A DNA stretch of 64,000 bases from Octopus sinensis (Eukaryota), in assembly GCF_006345805.1 (NCBI RefSeq), contig NC_043020.1:13578001-13642000 (forward strand), given 5' to 3'. The notes under the pieces were generated by a model that had not been told where the DNA came from, did not search any database, and saw only the letters and a list, made by a program, of their open reading frames with translations. The translations under genes were made by a program, and so were the position numbers. Of this stretch, positions 12,210-24,916 are shown piece by piece; position 1 is the first letter of the stretch, and each line of letters begins with the position of its first letter.

Positions 12210-12311
12210 CTTTTTGTTATGAATGGAGATATCAGTGTTTTGAACTTCTGTCTTTATTCTGATCTAATGATGTAATGACAGCTACTACATCTCTCTTTTG
12301 ATACTTACTTT

Positions 12312-12738
12312 ACTTTTTACTTGTTTCAGTCATGTGACTGTGGTCATGCTGGAGCACCGCCTTTAGTCGAGCAAATCGACCTCGGGACTTATTCTTTGTA
12401 AGCCCAGTACTTATTCTATTGGTCTCTTTTTGCTGAACTGCTAAGTTACGGAGACGTAAACAAACCAGCATCAGTTGTCAAGCGATGTTGGGGGGACAAA
12501 CGCAGACACACAAACATATACACACACATACATGTATACATATATACGCATATATATATATATACATATATACGACGAGCTTCTTTCAGTTTCCGTCTAC
12601 CAAATCTACTCACAAGGCTTTGGTCAGCCCGAGGCTATAGTAGAAGACACTTGCCCAAGGTGCCACGCAGTGGGACAGAACCCGGAACCATGTGGTTGGT
12701 AAACAAGCTACTTACCACACAGCCACTCCTAAGCCTAT
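12312..12738 (-). mobile_element. SINE family A, full length
   Basis: Tail, central (TA/CA)n tract and tRNA-like head are all present. Confidence 0.9.
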
Positions 12739-13369
12739 GTCCAGAAATAATAATAAACTTGTTGATCAATTATACTAATTACTTCTGTGGACCCTGATCC
12801 AACCTGCATCCTGTTCCTCTCTCTGACACATCTCCCCCCCCCTCAACATATATACACCATCTCTCCACACAGGTTACACATTTTACTCAAGCTTTAAAAA
12901 TTGAAATCTATTTCCAAAGGTGCTGTAAAATATCACAGAATATTCATTTCAAATTTCGGTACAAGGCCAGCAATTTCGGAGGAGGGGGTAAGTTGATTAC
13001 ATCGACTCCCGGTACTCAGTTGGTACTTATTTTATTAATGCCATCATTTAACTGATACTTATTTGATTGACCTCTAAAGGACGCAAGGTAAAGTTGACCT
13101 CAACAGAATTTGAACTCAGAACATATAGATGGACGAAACATTGCTAAGCGTTTTGACCAATGTGTTAATGAATCTACTAGCTGGCCACCTTAGCCATTTT
13201 GACACCAAACAGCCCAAGACCACCCGTGGGTCTATGATACAAACTTCTTATTTTAAAATGAATTAGATTAAAACATTCCATAAATTTTTGTATTTATGTT
13301 CCAAACTCCAGTTTGTTGATGATAAAGATATTTTTCAAAATTCTTCATTATTACCAAAATTACTTAAAA

Positions 13370-13878
13370 CATTTGAACCAGCCAGGATCCCTGGTCTGGT
13401 GGTACGTAAAAAGCACTATCCGACTCGTGGCCGTGGCACGTAAAATACTCCAATGCGACCGTACGACAGGCACCCATGCCAACCCCCTTTGCTTGTGAAG
13501 ACATGTTGGGGCAAGCGAAATCGAAATCGAATTGAACCAGCCAGGATCCCTGGTCTGGTGGTACGTAAAAAGCACTATCCGACTCGTGGCCGATGCCAGC
13601 ACCGCCTCGACTGGCTTCCGTGCCGGTGGCACATAAAATACACCAATCTGACCGTGGCCGTTGCCAGCCCCGCCTGGCACCTGTGCAGGTGGCACGTAAA
13701 AAGCACCCACTACACTCACGGAGTGGTTGGCGTTAGGAAGGGCATCCAGCTGTAGAAACATTGCCAGATTAGACTGGAGCCTGGTGCAGCCTTCTGGCTT
13801 CCCAGAACCCCGGTCGAACCGTCCAACCCATGCTAGCATGGAGAACGGACGTTAAACGACGATGATGATGATGATGAT
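13370..13878 (+). mobile_element. RTE 3'-UTR fragment with an internal duplication
   Basis: GAACCAGCCAGGATCCCTGGTCTGGTGGTACGTAAAAAGCACTATCCGACTCGTGGCCG occurs twice (~13375 and ~13533); (GAT)n tail. Confidence 0.8.
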
Positions 13879-14210
13879 GGCTCAGTGGTTAGAGCGTTGA
13901 GCTTACAATCGTGAGGTTGTGAGCTCGAATCCCGGACCGGGCAGCGTGTTGTGTTCTTGAGCAAGACACTTTATTCCACGTTGCTCCAGTTCACTCAGCT
14001 GTAGAAATGAGTTGCGACATCACAGGTGCCAAGCTGTATCGACTTTTGTCTTTCCCTTGGATAACACTGGTGGCGTGGAGAGGGGAGGCTGGTATGCATG
14101 GGCGACTGCTGGTCTTCCATAAACAACTTTGCCCAGACTTGTGTCTAGGAGGGTAACTTTCTAGGTGCAATCCCATGGTCATTCATGACCGAAGGGGGTC
14201 TTTACCCCTT
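13878..14210 (+). mobile_element. tRNA-derived SINE, family D
   Basis: A box TGGCTCAGTGG and B-box-like GAGCTCGAATCC; second copy at 48603-48892. Confidence 0.8.
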
Positions 14211-14951
14211 TACTTAAAACAAAGGCAGTGTATTTAACAAGAATTCAGTAACAGAAAGGTTAAAATAACACACAATATTAACACTTTTGAAATCTTCCAT
14301 CTACTTTGCAACATTGGAAACTAGTAAACAAAATTGAAAGTATTCTCTTCCTGAGCAAACTTCAGTCTCTTTGGTTCTCGTTACATGTAATAGTTTGGCT
14401 GTTATAGTATTTGCTATACTCGCATCCAAGAATAAAGACAGTGTTCTTAGCTTGGAGCGCTTTCTGCATTAAGAAAACATAAAACTGTTAGAGCGAAAAT
14501 GCAGTTCGTTTTTTTTTTATATAAAATTGGAATTTATTCCATTATGAGAGTACGTAGGAAGAGAGTTGTTACTGAATAGCTTCGGTTGGTCCTGCATAGT
14601 CCATGATGCTGAGGGCATTGCTGCCAAATACATGCAGTTGTAAAATACCTGCTCAAAGAATATCAGGGAATGTATGAAGTTTCTCTACTTCTTTTATGGT
14701 TTACCTGGAATAATGGTTATACATCAGAGGACAACAAAAATAATTTTATTCTATGTAACTGAGATGAGGAAGTTTTATATTATATATACAGTTAAGGTGC
14801 ATAGCTCAGTGGTTACTGTGTCATGCATCCAGCCGTAGAAACACTGCCAGATCTGACTGGGCCTGATGAAGCCTTCCAGCTTCACAGACCCCAGTTGAAC
14901 CGTCCAACCCATTCTAGCATGAAAAACAGACACTAAATGATGATGATGATG

Positions 14952-15021
<70 letters not shown>

Positions 15022-15777
15022 CATATACATAGACATATATACGACGGGCTTCTTTCACTTTCTGTCTACCAAATCCGACACTTGCCCAAGGTGCCACGCA
15101 GTGGGACTGAACCCAAAACCATGTGGTTCGTAAGCAAGCTACTACCACACAGTCACTCCTATGCGTATAGGTGATTTTTTTTTTTTTTTGTATCTTTTTT
15201 ACCCATCACATTTTTGTGATTTTAAGATTCCACTGAAAATTCCTGACCGATTTTACGGAGGAATAAATTCTAAGCTGATCTTGAGAAATGTTGTTCTCCA
15301 AATTATGTCAACTGTCATGCAACAATGTTTATATCCACAGACAGGCAGGCATATTTCTTGTAGCTTCAATTCCGTAGTATGTCTTCTCTGCAATTTTCTT
15401 TATTTAATGGTCGTGTCTTTATGTTGTAAATTAATGAAGAACTAGAAACAAAAACAAAAGAAAACAGCAAAAAAAGAAGAAAACCTAAAACCTCTTGTTT
15501 ATAGAATGGGAATCTCTCTTTTAGGTCACCAATGGGAACAAACCAGACAGCACTAAATATCTAAGATGACTCATAAAAACCAACTCCGCCGTGTTTAAAA
15601 ACCGTGAAAGTACTGCAGAGTTCCACAACCTTGTCAGTTCTATGTTGTAAAATGTGAGCTTAAAATTCCTTGACCCTGGGAGTATAGCTGTATAAAAGCA
15701 GCTGGACAAGAAGACAGAAACAAACAGTAATTCCGGATGGGGTTTCATCAAGGAACACTCACACATTCCCTTTAAAT

Positions 15778-15814
<37 letters not shown>

Positions 15815-15816
<2 letters not shown>

Positions 15817-16225
15817 GGTGTAGGAGTGGCTGTGTGGTAAGTAGCTTGCTTATGAACTACATGGTTCCGGGTTCAGTCCCACTGCATGGCACCTTGGGCA
15901 AGTGTCTTCTACTAAAGCCTCAGGCCAACCAAAGCCTTGGGAGTGGATTTGGTAGACAGAAACTGAAAGAAGCCCATTCTTTGTGTATGTATGTGTGTGT
16001 GCGTGTGTGTGTGTGTATGTTTGTGTGTCTGTGTTTGTCCCCCCAACATCGCTTGACAACCAATGCTGGTGTGTTTACATCCCCGTAACTTAGCAGTTCG
16101 GCAAAAGAGACCAATAGAATAAGTACTAGGCTTACAAAGAATAATTCCTAGGGTTGATTTGCTCGACTAAAGGAGGTGCTCCAGCATGGCCACCGTCAAA
16201 TGACTGAAACAAAGAGTAAAGAGTA
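15815..16225 (+). mobile_element. SINE family A
   Basis: GGAGTGGCTGTGTGGTAAG head through the AAAGAGTA tail. Confidence 0.9.
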
Positions 16226-16620
16226 CTACTACTACTACTACTACTACTCTTATGTAACATAAGTAAATGTGTATGTACAAATACATGTGTATACATGTCT
16301 GTGTGTGTGTGTGTGTGTGTGTATATAAGCTGTGCAGTACATACTCTAAGTGAAGATGCATTTGAAAATGTTACATACTTCAGAAACCTGGCTTCCTTAT
16401 GGGGTGTGAAAGTTTACATAAGTACACATGTGTCTTTGACATTCTTTTTGTTTACCAATAGTTGTTGGTGTCAAGATCAGAACATGCTGTTCTTAGTTCA
16501 AATATTTTTGAAAAGGATTTTTTTTCTTTCTAAATTCTTCTGAAGACAATGAAACATATATGAAATCCTCAATCTATAAAAATTGGTAAATCTCTTCAGA
16601 GAAATGCTTCAGAGGTTATC

Positions 16621-17030
16621 AGGAGTGGCTGTGTGGTAAGTAGCTTGCTAACCAACCACATGGTTCCGGGTTCAGTCCCACTGCGTGGCATCTTGGGCAA
16701 GTGTCTTCTGCTATAGCCCCGGGCCGACCAATGCCTTGTGAGTGGATTTGGTAGATGGAAACTGAAAGAAGCCTGTCGTATATATGTATATATGTATGTA
16801 TGTGTGTGTAAGTGTTTGTGTGTCTGTGTTTGTTCCCCTAGCATTGCTTGACAACCGATGCTGGTGTGTTTACGTCCCCGTCACTTAGCGGTTCGGCAAA
16901 AGAGACCGATAGAATAAGTACTGGGTTTACAAAGAATAAGTCCCGGGGTCGATTTGCTCGACTAAAGGCGGTGCTCCAGCATGGCCGCAGTCAAATGACT
17001 GAAACAAGTAAAAGAGAGTAAAAGAGTAAC
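16621..17030 (+). mobile_element. SINE family A
   Basis: Full head-to-tail match to the other copies. Confidence 0.9.
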
Positions 17031-17159
17031 TAAAGGTAACTTAGTATTAACCTTTCCTGTATGTGAGGGAGTGTCATGGATGGTAGTAATGGTTTCAAAT
17101 TTTTTCACAAAGCCGGTAATTTCACAGACGGGGTTAGTCAATTACATCAACCCCAGTAC

Positions 17160-18085
17160 ACAACTGATACTTTTTTTTCGACCTCTAAAGGATGAAAGGC
17201 AAATCAACCTTAGGAGAATTTGGACTAGAACATGAAGACAGACTACATTCTGTTAGCTCACCACATTCATGGATGGTAATTTTGGTTTCTAATTTTAGCA
17301 CAAGGCCAGCAATTTCGTGGAAGTGGCATAAGTCAGTTATATCAATCCCAGTGTTCAACTGGTACTTGTTTTATCGACCCCTAAAGGATGAAAGGCAAAG
17401 TCAACCTTGGCAGAATTTGGACTCAGAACATGAAGACCAACTAAATGGCATTAAGCATTTTGTCCAAAATGCTAACAATTCTTATTTCTTTATTGCCCAC
17501 AAGGGGCCAAACACAGAGAGGACAAACAAGGACAGACAAATGGATTAAGTCGATTATATTGACCCCAGTGCGTAACTGGTACTTATTTAATCGACCCCGA
17601 AAGGATGAAAGGCAAAGTCGACCTTGGCAGAATTTGAACTCAGAACGTAGCAGCAGACGAAATACCTATTTCTTTACTACCCACAAGGGGCTAAGCATAG
17701 AGGGGACAAACAAGAACAGACAAATGGATTAAGTCGATTACATCGACCCCAGTGCATAACTGGTACATAATTTATTGACCCCGAAAGGATGAAAGGCAAA
17801 GTTGACCTTGGCGGAATTTGAACTCAGAACGTAATGGCAGACGAAATACCTATTTCTTTACTACCCACAAGGGGCTAAACACAGAGGGGACAAACAAGCA
17901 CAGACAAATGGATTAAGTCGATTATATCGACCCCAGTGCATAACTGGTACATAATTTATCGACCCCGAAAGGATGAAAGGCAAAGTCGACCTCGGCAGAA
18001 TTTGAACTCAGAACGTAGCGGCAGACGAAATACCTCCAAACATTTCGCCCGGCACGCTAACGTTTCTGCCAGCTCACCGCCTTCT
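17160..18085 (-). mobile_element. Head-to-tail cluster of about 5 family-B SINE copies
   Basis: Repeated CCCGAAAGGATGAAAGGCAAAGTCGACC...GAATTTGAACTCAGAAC blocks. Confidence 0.85.
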
Positions 18086-18653
18086 GTGCTAACGTTTCTG
18101 CCAGCTCGCCGCCTTCATGTAAAGTTTCACTATTTTGTCAGTCACGTATGAAAGACAAACTTTCAGTTCCATTATTTTAACCATTCTGACAGACAATTAC
18201 ATCTTAATGGTTTGGGAATCTTGACTTAGAAATTATTCATAAGCTGATAGGAGAAAGAGAATAAGAAGACTGTTGATGTGCTGGAGGGGGATCGGGGGGG
18301 GGGGGCAGCTGTTTCTTGGAGAGAAAGATAAGAGTTTGATACTTATCTGTTAAAATTTCAATATGTTCACTGACTAGTTAATTAATCATATCTTATTGAA
18401 TCTGGTTTTAAAATACCAGCCTTTGTTAAATGACCAAATATAATGAGTGTGTCTGGACTGGTCAGTATCTTTCCTTTTCTCTCTCTCTCTCTTTTCATAT
18501 ATACATATGTGTATATGTATGTTTGGTAATCCAAACAGGAAAAATAGAACTTGTGTGTGTATGTGTGTGTGTACAAAAAAATAGGTTTCAATTGAACCAG
18601 GTACTTAAATGGTAAGGCATCGGGTCAGGGCAAAATTAAAATGCATACACAAA

Positions 18654-19077
18654 TAGGCGCAGGGGTGGCTGTGTGGTAAGTAGCTTGCTTACCAACCACA
18701 TGGTTCCGGGTTCAGTCCCACTGCGTGGCATCTTGGGCAAATGTCTTCTGCTATAGCCCCGGGCCGACCAATGCCTTGTGAGTGGATTTGGTAGACGGAA
18801 ACTGAAAGAAGCCTGTCGTATATATGTATATATATATATATGTGTGTGTTTGTGTGCCTGTGTTTGTCCCCCTAGCATTGCTTGACAACCAATCCTGGTG
18901 TGTTGACGTCCCCGTCACTTAGCGATTCGGCAAAAGAGACCGATAGAATAAGTACTGGACTTACAAAGAATAAGTCCCGGGGTCGATTTGCTTGACTAAA
19001 GGTGGTGCTCCAGCATGGCCGCAGTCAAATGACTGAAACAAGTAAAAGAGTAAAAGAGAAAAGAGTAAAGAGTAAAC
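18654..19077 (+). mobile_element. SINE family A
   Basis: Full-length match. Confidence 0.9.
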
Positions 19078-20048
19078 AAGGATAGATGAATACATATGCA
19101 GGTACCAAAGTACAAGCAGAAAGTTATTCAGGTTATGTACAAGATTAATTGACCCCGACTGAGTACACCATTAGCCTTTACACTAACCAAGAAATGCACA
19201 TTGTATTCTCTGACTAGCAAGGCTCGTAGAATCATAAAGGTGCATTTGTCGTTGAATTTTGAATGTTTCTAAATGTTGTGGTTCGTGTATTTACGAGATG
19301 AAAATGCTTCTGTTTTTTTTTCTAATGAGGTAATATCTCCATTAATCAATTAAAAATTTGTTGGAAACAGTTGTAGTGAATTGACACTTTATCCATCTGT
19401 TGTGATATGCATGTAACAAATTACACGAACGTATATAAACAGGAGATACAAATATTACTGGCACTGGCAACTGCCGGGTGCCAGTCATAGGATTGGTTCA
19501 ATTTCGGTTTATAATGTTGTGTTTTACAGATGACGCGAAATTGAGAGGAATGTTGGTATAATATACTGCAGCTGCTGCCAACCCATACTAGCAGGTAGAA
19601 GTGACTGTTAAAACACTGCAATAGTAGTAGTGGTGGCAGTGGTGATGAAGAGGAGGATGGTGATGACAATAATAACAATAATAATAATGAAGAAGAGGAG
19701 GAAGAGGATTATTTACGTTTCGAGAATGACTCCTTCCTCTCCTGGTTGTCTTGTGACTGAAAAATGTGAATGGCCAACGTAGAGCAAAATTAATTAAACT
19801 AATTAATGATACTATTTCATTATTTATTGTTAACCTTTACTTGCAGCTATTTAGCTCATGAAGCCAGTGGGATAGCATCTACATGGTCAACTTGATCTGT
19901 TAGGAATAACAACCAAATCACCCTCAATGTAGTATAAACCTAGATATACAATAAGACAGGTTGGTCATGGTTAGAGTACCTTTGCTCATATATTCTATAC
20001 AGTCAGAAGCATTCTTCAAACTAAATGCACATTCTCTATATATACAAA

Positions 20049-20416
20049 CTAGCACTATGACCCGGCAACATCGGGTCATAGTTCTAGTGCATGCATATAC
20101 AGCTGCATGCCTGCGCACATACACGCGAGTACTGTCCAAATCTCCGACCAATCACATATAGCTAGCTGGCATTCAATTGGCATATCAAGTTTCAGGCATT
20201 TTGATTGGGTTTTGGATAGAAAATTCACAAAAAAGCCACTTATATTTATTTTTTTATGGCTTTGCGGGGTGACTGGGGAAATGTAAAGATGTGCACGACC
20301 ACCCTTGGACGGTTTTGAATGACCATAGAAAGTGCGAGCCCTCTAACTGAAAAATTGTGGATTTGTATAAAGGATACACACACAGACAGACATTTAGCCA
20401 ATTATATATATAGAGA
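20049..20416 (-). mobile_element. Non-autonomous Helitron (368 bp)
   Basis: On the minus strand it starts A|TC(TCTATATATAT) and ends with an 11-bp perfect hairpin (20054-20064/20072-20082) followed by CTAG|T; AT target, no TSD. Confidence 0.8.
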
Positions 20417-20614
20417 TGGTCAAGTCACTTGTCACTTTTTTTGTTTGTTGGTTCTGCCATACTTTAGGAATGTCATTTGAAGGGCAAGATGTTATATTAA
20501 CCGGCATTTGGGGATGGAGAGTGAGAATTACAAATTTGGTTGAAAGAAGATGCAGTTGTTAATTGTTGTACAAACCACCAAATTTGGAAATTATTGTTTT
20601 CTACTCTAGGCACA

Positions 20615-21030
20615 AGGCCCGAAATTTCTGCGGAGGTGGGCCAGTTGATTAGATTGACCGCAGTACACAAATTATATTTGATTTATCATATTTAATTTAT
20701 CGACTGGTATTTAATTTATCGACCCTGAAAGGATGAAAGGCAAAATCAACCTCGGCGGAATTTGAACTCAGAACATAAAGACAGACGAAATACCTATTTC
20801 TTTACTACCCACAAGGGGCTAAACACAGAGAGAACAAACAAGGACAGACAAACGGATTAAGTCGATTACATCGACCCCAGTGCATAACTGGTACTTATTT
20901 AATCGACCCCCTCGAAAGGATGAAAGGCAAAGTCGACCTCAGCGGAATTTGAATTCGGAACATAACAGCAGACGAAATATGGCTATGCATTTCGCCTGGT
21001 GTGCTAACGTTTCTGCCAGCTCACCGCCTT
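20615..21030 (-). mobile_element. Two tandem family-B SINEs
   Basis: Family-B body repeated. Confidence 0.8.
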
Positions 21031-21299
21031 AATTTGGAAATTATTATGCTCAAAAATATTTTGTTTTTACAAATTATTTTTTAAGTACCATATTTCTCAC
21101 CAGCTGTATTACTTTTTGCCTGCATATATATTTTTAAGTCATTATTTATCTCAGCATAATTTAAATCCCATAATTTTTGGTGGACACTCAACACCATAAC
21201 TGCTATGAAGTGATTAGCATTATGAAGGACATCCAATTATAGAAACTACAGCATTGGAGCTTAATGCAATCCTGCAACTCATTAGACCCTCTCATACCT

Positions 21300-21780
21300 G
21301 TTTCTTTACTACCCACAAGGGGCTAAACACAGAAGGGACAAACAAGGACAGACAAACGGATTAAGTCAATTACATCGACCCCAGTGCGCAACTGGTACTT
21401 ATTTAAGTACAAGGCGGCAAGCTGGCAGAAACGTTAGCACGCCAGGCGAAATGCCTAGCTGCATTTCGTCTGCCATTACGTTCTGCGTTCAAATTCCGCC
21501 GAGGTCGACTTTGCCTTTCATCCTTTCGGGGTCGATTAAATAAGTACCAGTTACGCACTGGGGTCGATATAATTGACTTAATCCGTTTGTCTGTCCTTCT
21601 TTGTCCCCTCTGTGTTTAGCCCCTTGTGGGTAGTAAAGAAATAGGTACTTATTTAATCGACCCCAAAAGGATGAAAGGCAAAGTCGACCTTGGCGGAATT
21701 TGAACTCAGAACCTAGCGGCAGACGAAATACCGTTCAGCATTTCACCCAGCGTGCTAGCGGTTCTGCCAGCTCGCCGCCT
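21300..21780. mobile_element. Family-B SINE (+) nested inside a family-B SINE (-)
   Basis: GGTACTTATTTAA is duplicated at 21394-21406 and 21644-21656 around the + copy. Confidence 0.8.
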
Positions 21781-22226
21781 TATACCATCTCATACCGTCC
21801 AACCCATGCCAGCATAGAAGAGAGGCATTAAATGGCGACAATGATTCTACAAGTAATTAATAAAATAACTTACTCTAGTCCGCTTCTGCTATGGACACCT
21901 TCACAAACGTCTTACAGTATTTCTCTTATTAATACAACCTCGTTACATTTGTATTTGTCATTAACTTTTAATTAGAATGTAATTAGACTTTTGACTTATC
22001 AGGTTGAAACCATTTCTATTTTACCAATTCTACTGAGTTGGTTTACAAATTAATATTTGTTTTAATTATTGATTTCTAATTTAGTAACGGTCTCAATTTG
22101 GGAACATGGTGTTAACCAATTAAATTGGCTCCCCCAATATGCAGCTGGTATTTATTTTGTCAACTTAGGAAAGGTGAAAAACTAAGCTTCTGAGTCCCAG
22201 GTCAGCTGTAACTGAGCAGGTTACTC

Positions 22227-22613
22227 TTTACTCTTTTACTTGTTTCAGTCATTTGACTGTGGCATGCTGGAGCACCGCCTTTAGTCAAGCAAATCGACTC
22301 CCCAGGACTTATTCTTTATAAGCCTAGTACTTATTCTATCGGTCTCTTAGGTCGAACCGCTAAGTTACGGGAACGTAAACACACCAGCATTGGTTGTCAA
22401 GCAATGTTGGGGGGGGACAAACATATACACACACATACATATATATATATACGACGGGCTTCTTTCAGTTTCCGTCTACCAAATCCACTCACAAGGCTTT
22501 GGTCAGCCCGAGGCTATAGTAGAAGACACTTGCCCAAGATGCCACGCAGTGGGACTGAACCCGGAACCATGTGGTTGGTAAGCAAGCTACTTACCACACA
22601 GCCACTCCTGCGC
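22227..22613 (-). mobile_element. SINE family A
   Basis: Full-length match. Confidence 0.9.
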
Positions 22614-22673
22614 CAATGTCAACTTTGCCTTTCATCCTTTTGAGGGGTCAATAAAACCAAAGAACCAGTTTAA

Positions 22674-23449
22674 CCCTTTAGCTTTCAGATTATTTTGTAA
22701 AATGTTATACTTATTTATTCACTTCTTTTAAAATTAATCATGATAGTTTAGTTTTAGAATGATATTGTAGGGTAGGTCTTGGATACCAGATCTGGTCAAT
22801 TTGAGCATAAATCAGACAGAATATTTGAGCCAAACATGACCAGTTTAAAAGGCAGCAAGCTGGCAGAAACGTTAGCACGCCGAGCGAAATGCTTAGCGGT
22901 ATTTCGTCTGCTGCTATGTTCTGAGTTCAAATTCCACCAAGGTCGACTTTGCCTTTCATCCTTTCGGGGGTCAATAAATTTAGTACCAGTTATGCACTGG
23001 GGGTCAATGTAATCGACTTAATCCCTTTGCCTGTCCTTGTTGGTTCGCTCTATGTTTGGCCCCTTGTGGGCAATAAAGAAATAAGAATTGTTAGCATTTT
23101 GGAAAAAATTCTTAATGGCATTTAGTCGGTCTTCACGTTCTGAGTCCAAATTCTGCCAAGGTTGACTTTGCCTTTCATCCTTTAGGGGGCTTGATAAAAT
23201 AAGTACCAGTTGCACACTGGGGCCAATAAAACAAGTACCAGTTGAACACTGGGATTGATATAACTGACTTATGCCACTGAGGTCGACTTTGCTTTTCATC
23301 CTTTCGGGGTCAATAAATTAAGTACCAGTTACTCACTGGGGTCAATGTAATCGACTTAATCCCTTTGTCTGTCCTTGTTTGTCCCCTCTATGTTTAGCCC
23401 CTTGTGGGCAATAAAGAAATAAGATATGGCCAGTTTAAATGCTAAAGAG
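22674..23449. mobile_element. piggyBac-type MITE interrupted by a family-B SINE cluster (22850-23425)
   Basis: TTAA|CCCTTTAGC ... GCTAAAGAG|TTAA. ATG(A/G)CCAGTTTAAA is duplicated at 22836-22849 and 23426-23439 around the SINE insert. Confidence 0.75.
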
Positions 23450-24215
23450 TTAACTCTGGGGTCAGTGTAATTGACTTAACCTCTCACTGAAATTGCTGGC
23501 TTTGTGCCAAATTTTAAACCATTATTTCACATTGAACAAAACATACAAGTTTGGTAAAACTTCAACTAGGAACTTCATTACTACTGGCAGATGTTCTGAG
23601 AGGAAAGAGTAAAATACTAAAACATAACTGAAATGACTTTGAGTTGTTATTTTTCAAAGAAATATGTAAAAAATATATTTCTTCCTCTTTCTTAATGTCT
23701 AACACAGTAGAATGGTCCCACTCTAATAAAATTATGGAATTGTAAAAATATATTTATTCTTGTTTTATTATTTAAATTATGTTGCATTGATAATAAAAAA
23801 AAATATTAATAACTCAACCAATTATTTTGAAAGTTCGTCAACCAATTACTGCATATCTTTATGTATTACTCTGTTCAGTTAGCACAGATAGTTGACAGAA
23901 CAAATCAACTGTATTAATTGGACTTGGGCTGTGTATGCATGTATGTGTGTGTGTGTGTTTCATATATACATACATACATGCATATATAAACTCGAGTACA
24001 TAGGAGTGTACATACACACGCACACAAACTTACTGTAGTTAGTATACAGTTTATAATATCTATGCTGTGGAAAGTAAACAGGTGTAAATATATTTTGCCA
24101 TTCTTTTCACACAATAAAATTAGTAACTAGTCCTGACATTTTTCATGTCTAGGGTAGCGTCACTCTTCACAAGGTAGGTACCTCTCACCCTTCTGTCCAT
24201 GAAAGGTTATCATCA

Positions 24216-24460
24216 TCATTGTTTGACCGTGGTCGAGACAATGGAATTTACCATGCTACGCCAGACTTCACGGTCCATCATAGCATTACGGAGGTCCTGT
24301 TGCTGGATGCCTGTATCCCTGGAGATTACATCAGGGTAGGAGAGTGTGCGCCCTCTGGTATTGCGAGTAGATGGCTTCCAGAGGAGAAGAGTAGAAATTG
24401 CCTCGTTTTCAGCTCTACAACAATGTCCAGCAAACTGGACTCTCCTACCTTTCACAAGGT
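24216..24460 (-). mobile_element. 5'-truncated RTE/RTEX-like LINE end with (GAT)n tail
   Basis: ORF 24216-24476: VKGRRVQFAGHCCRAENEAISTLLLWKP...DREVWRSMVNSIVSTTVKQ. Confidence 0.8.
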
Positions 24461-24916
24461 ACTTGATTATAATCACTATTTAAATCAAACACGAACTGTA
24501 TAATTATTTAATTTAATTATGCTAGCAACTGATGTGTCATATGCAAATTAGTGCAGCCACATCAATTAAATCCTGGTTTGTGTTTGATTTAACTAATGAC
24601 TACTATCAAGTTCTAATTAAGGGCCAAAGGATGGAAGGTACTCATCCTTTGAAATGTAGTTAACCAACCCTAAATCTCAAGATAGTCTCTAACGAGACGT
24701 ATTTACATTTGTTTCTGTAGTGTAGCAATTATAAACTGTAGGTTAACTATATTAAATTCATCTTAGATTTTCTAATACATACTGTTTTGAGTTCAAATTC
24801 CATTGAGGTTGACTTTGCCCTTCATACTTTCAGGGTCGGTAAAATAAGTACCAGTCAATATAATTGACTTCCTCCTTCCTTTGAACTTGCTGGCCTTGTG
24901 CTAAAATTTGAAATCA

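Noticed and set aside
13878-13950. tRNA-like sequences at SINE heads (also 48603 and 59500-59567)
   Set aside because: They continue into SINE bodies and lack a complete cloverleaf; not tRNA genes.
15510-15560. Good-looking splice acceptor TCTCTCTTTTTAG
   Set aside because: All three downstream frames hit stops within 15 codons.
19712-19750. Second possible hammerhead/PLE motif (minus strand GAGGAAGGAGTCATTCTCGAAACGT)
   Set aside because: GAAAC and a short stem II are present, but the CUGANGA box and stems I and III are not recognisable.
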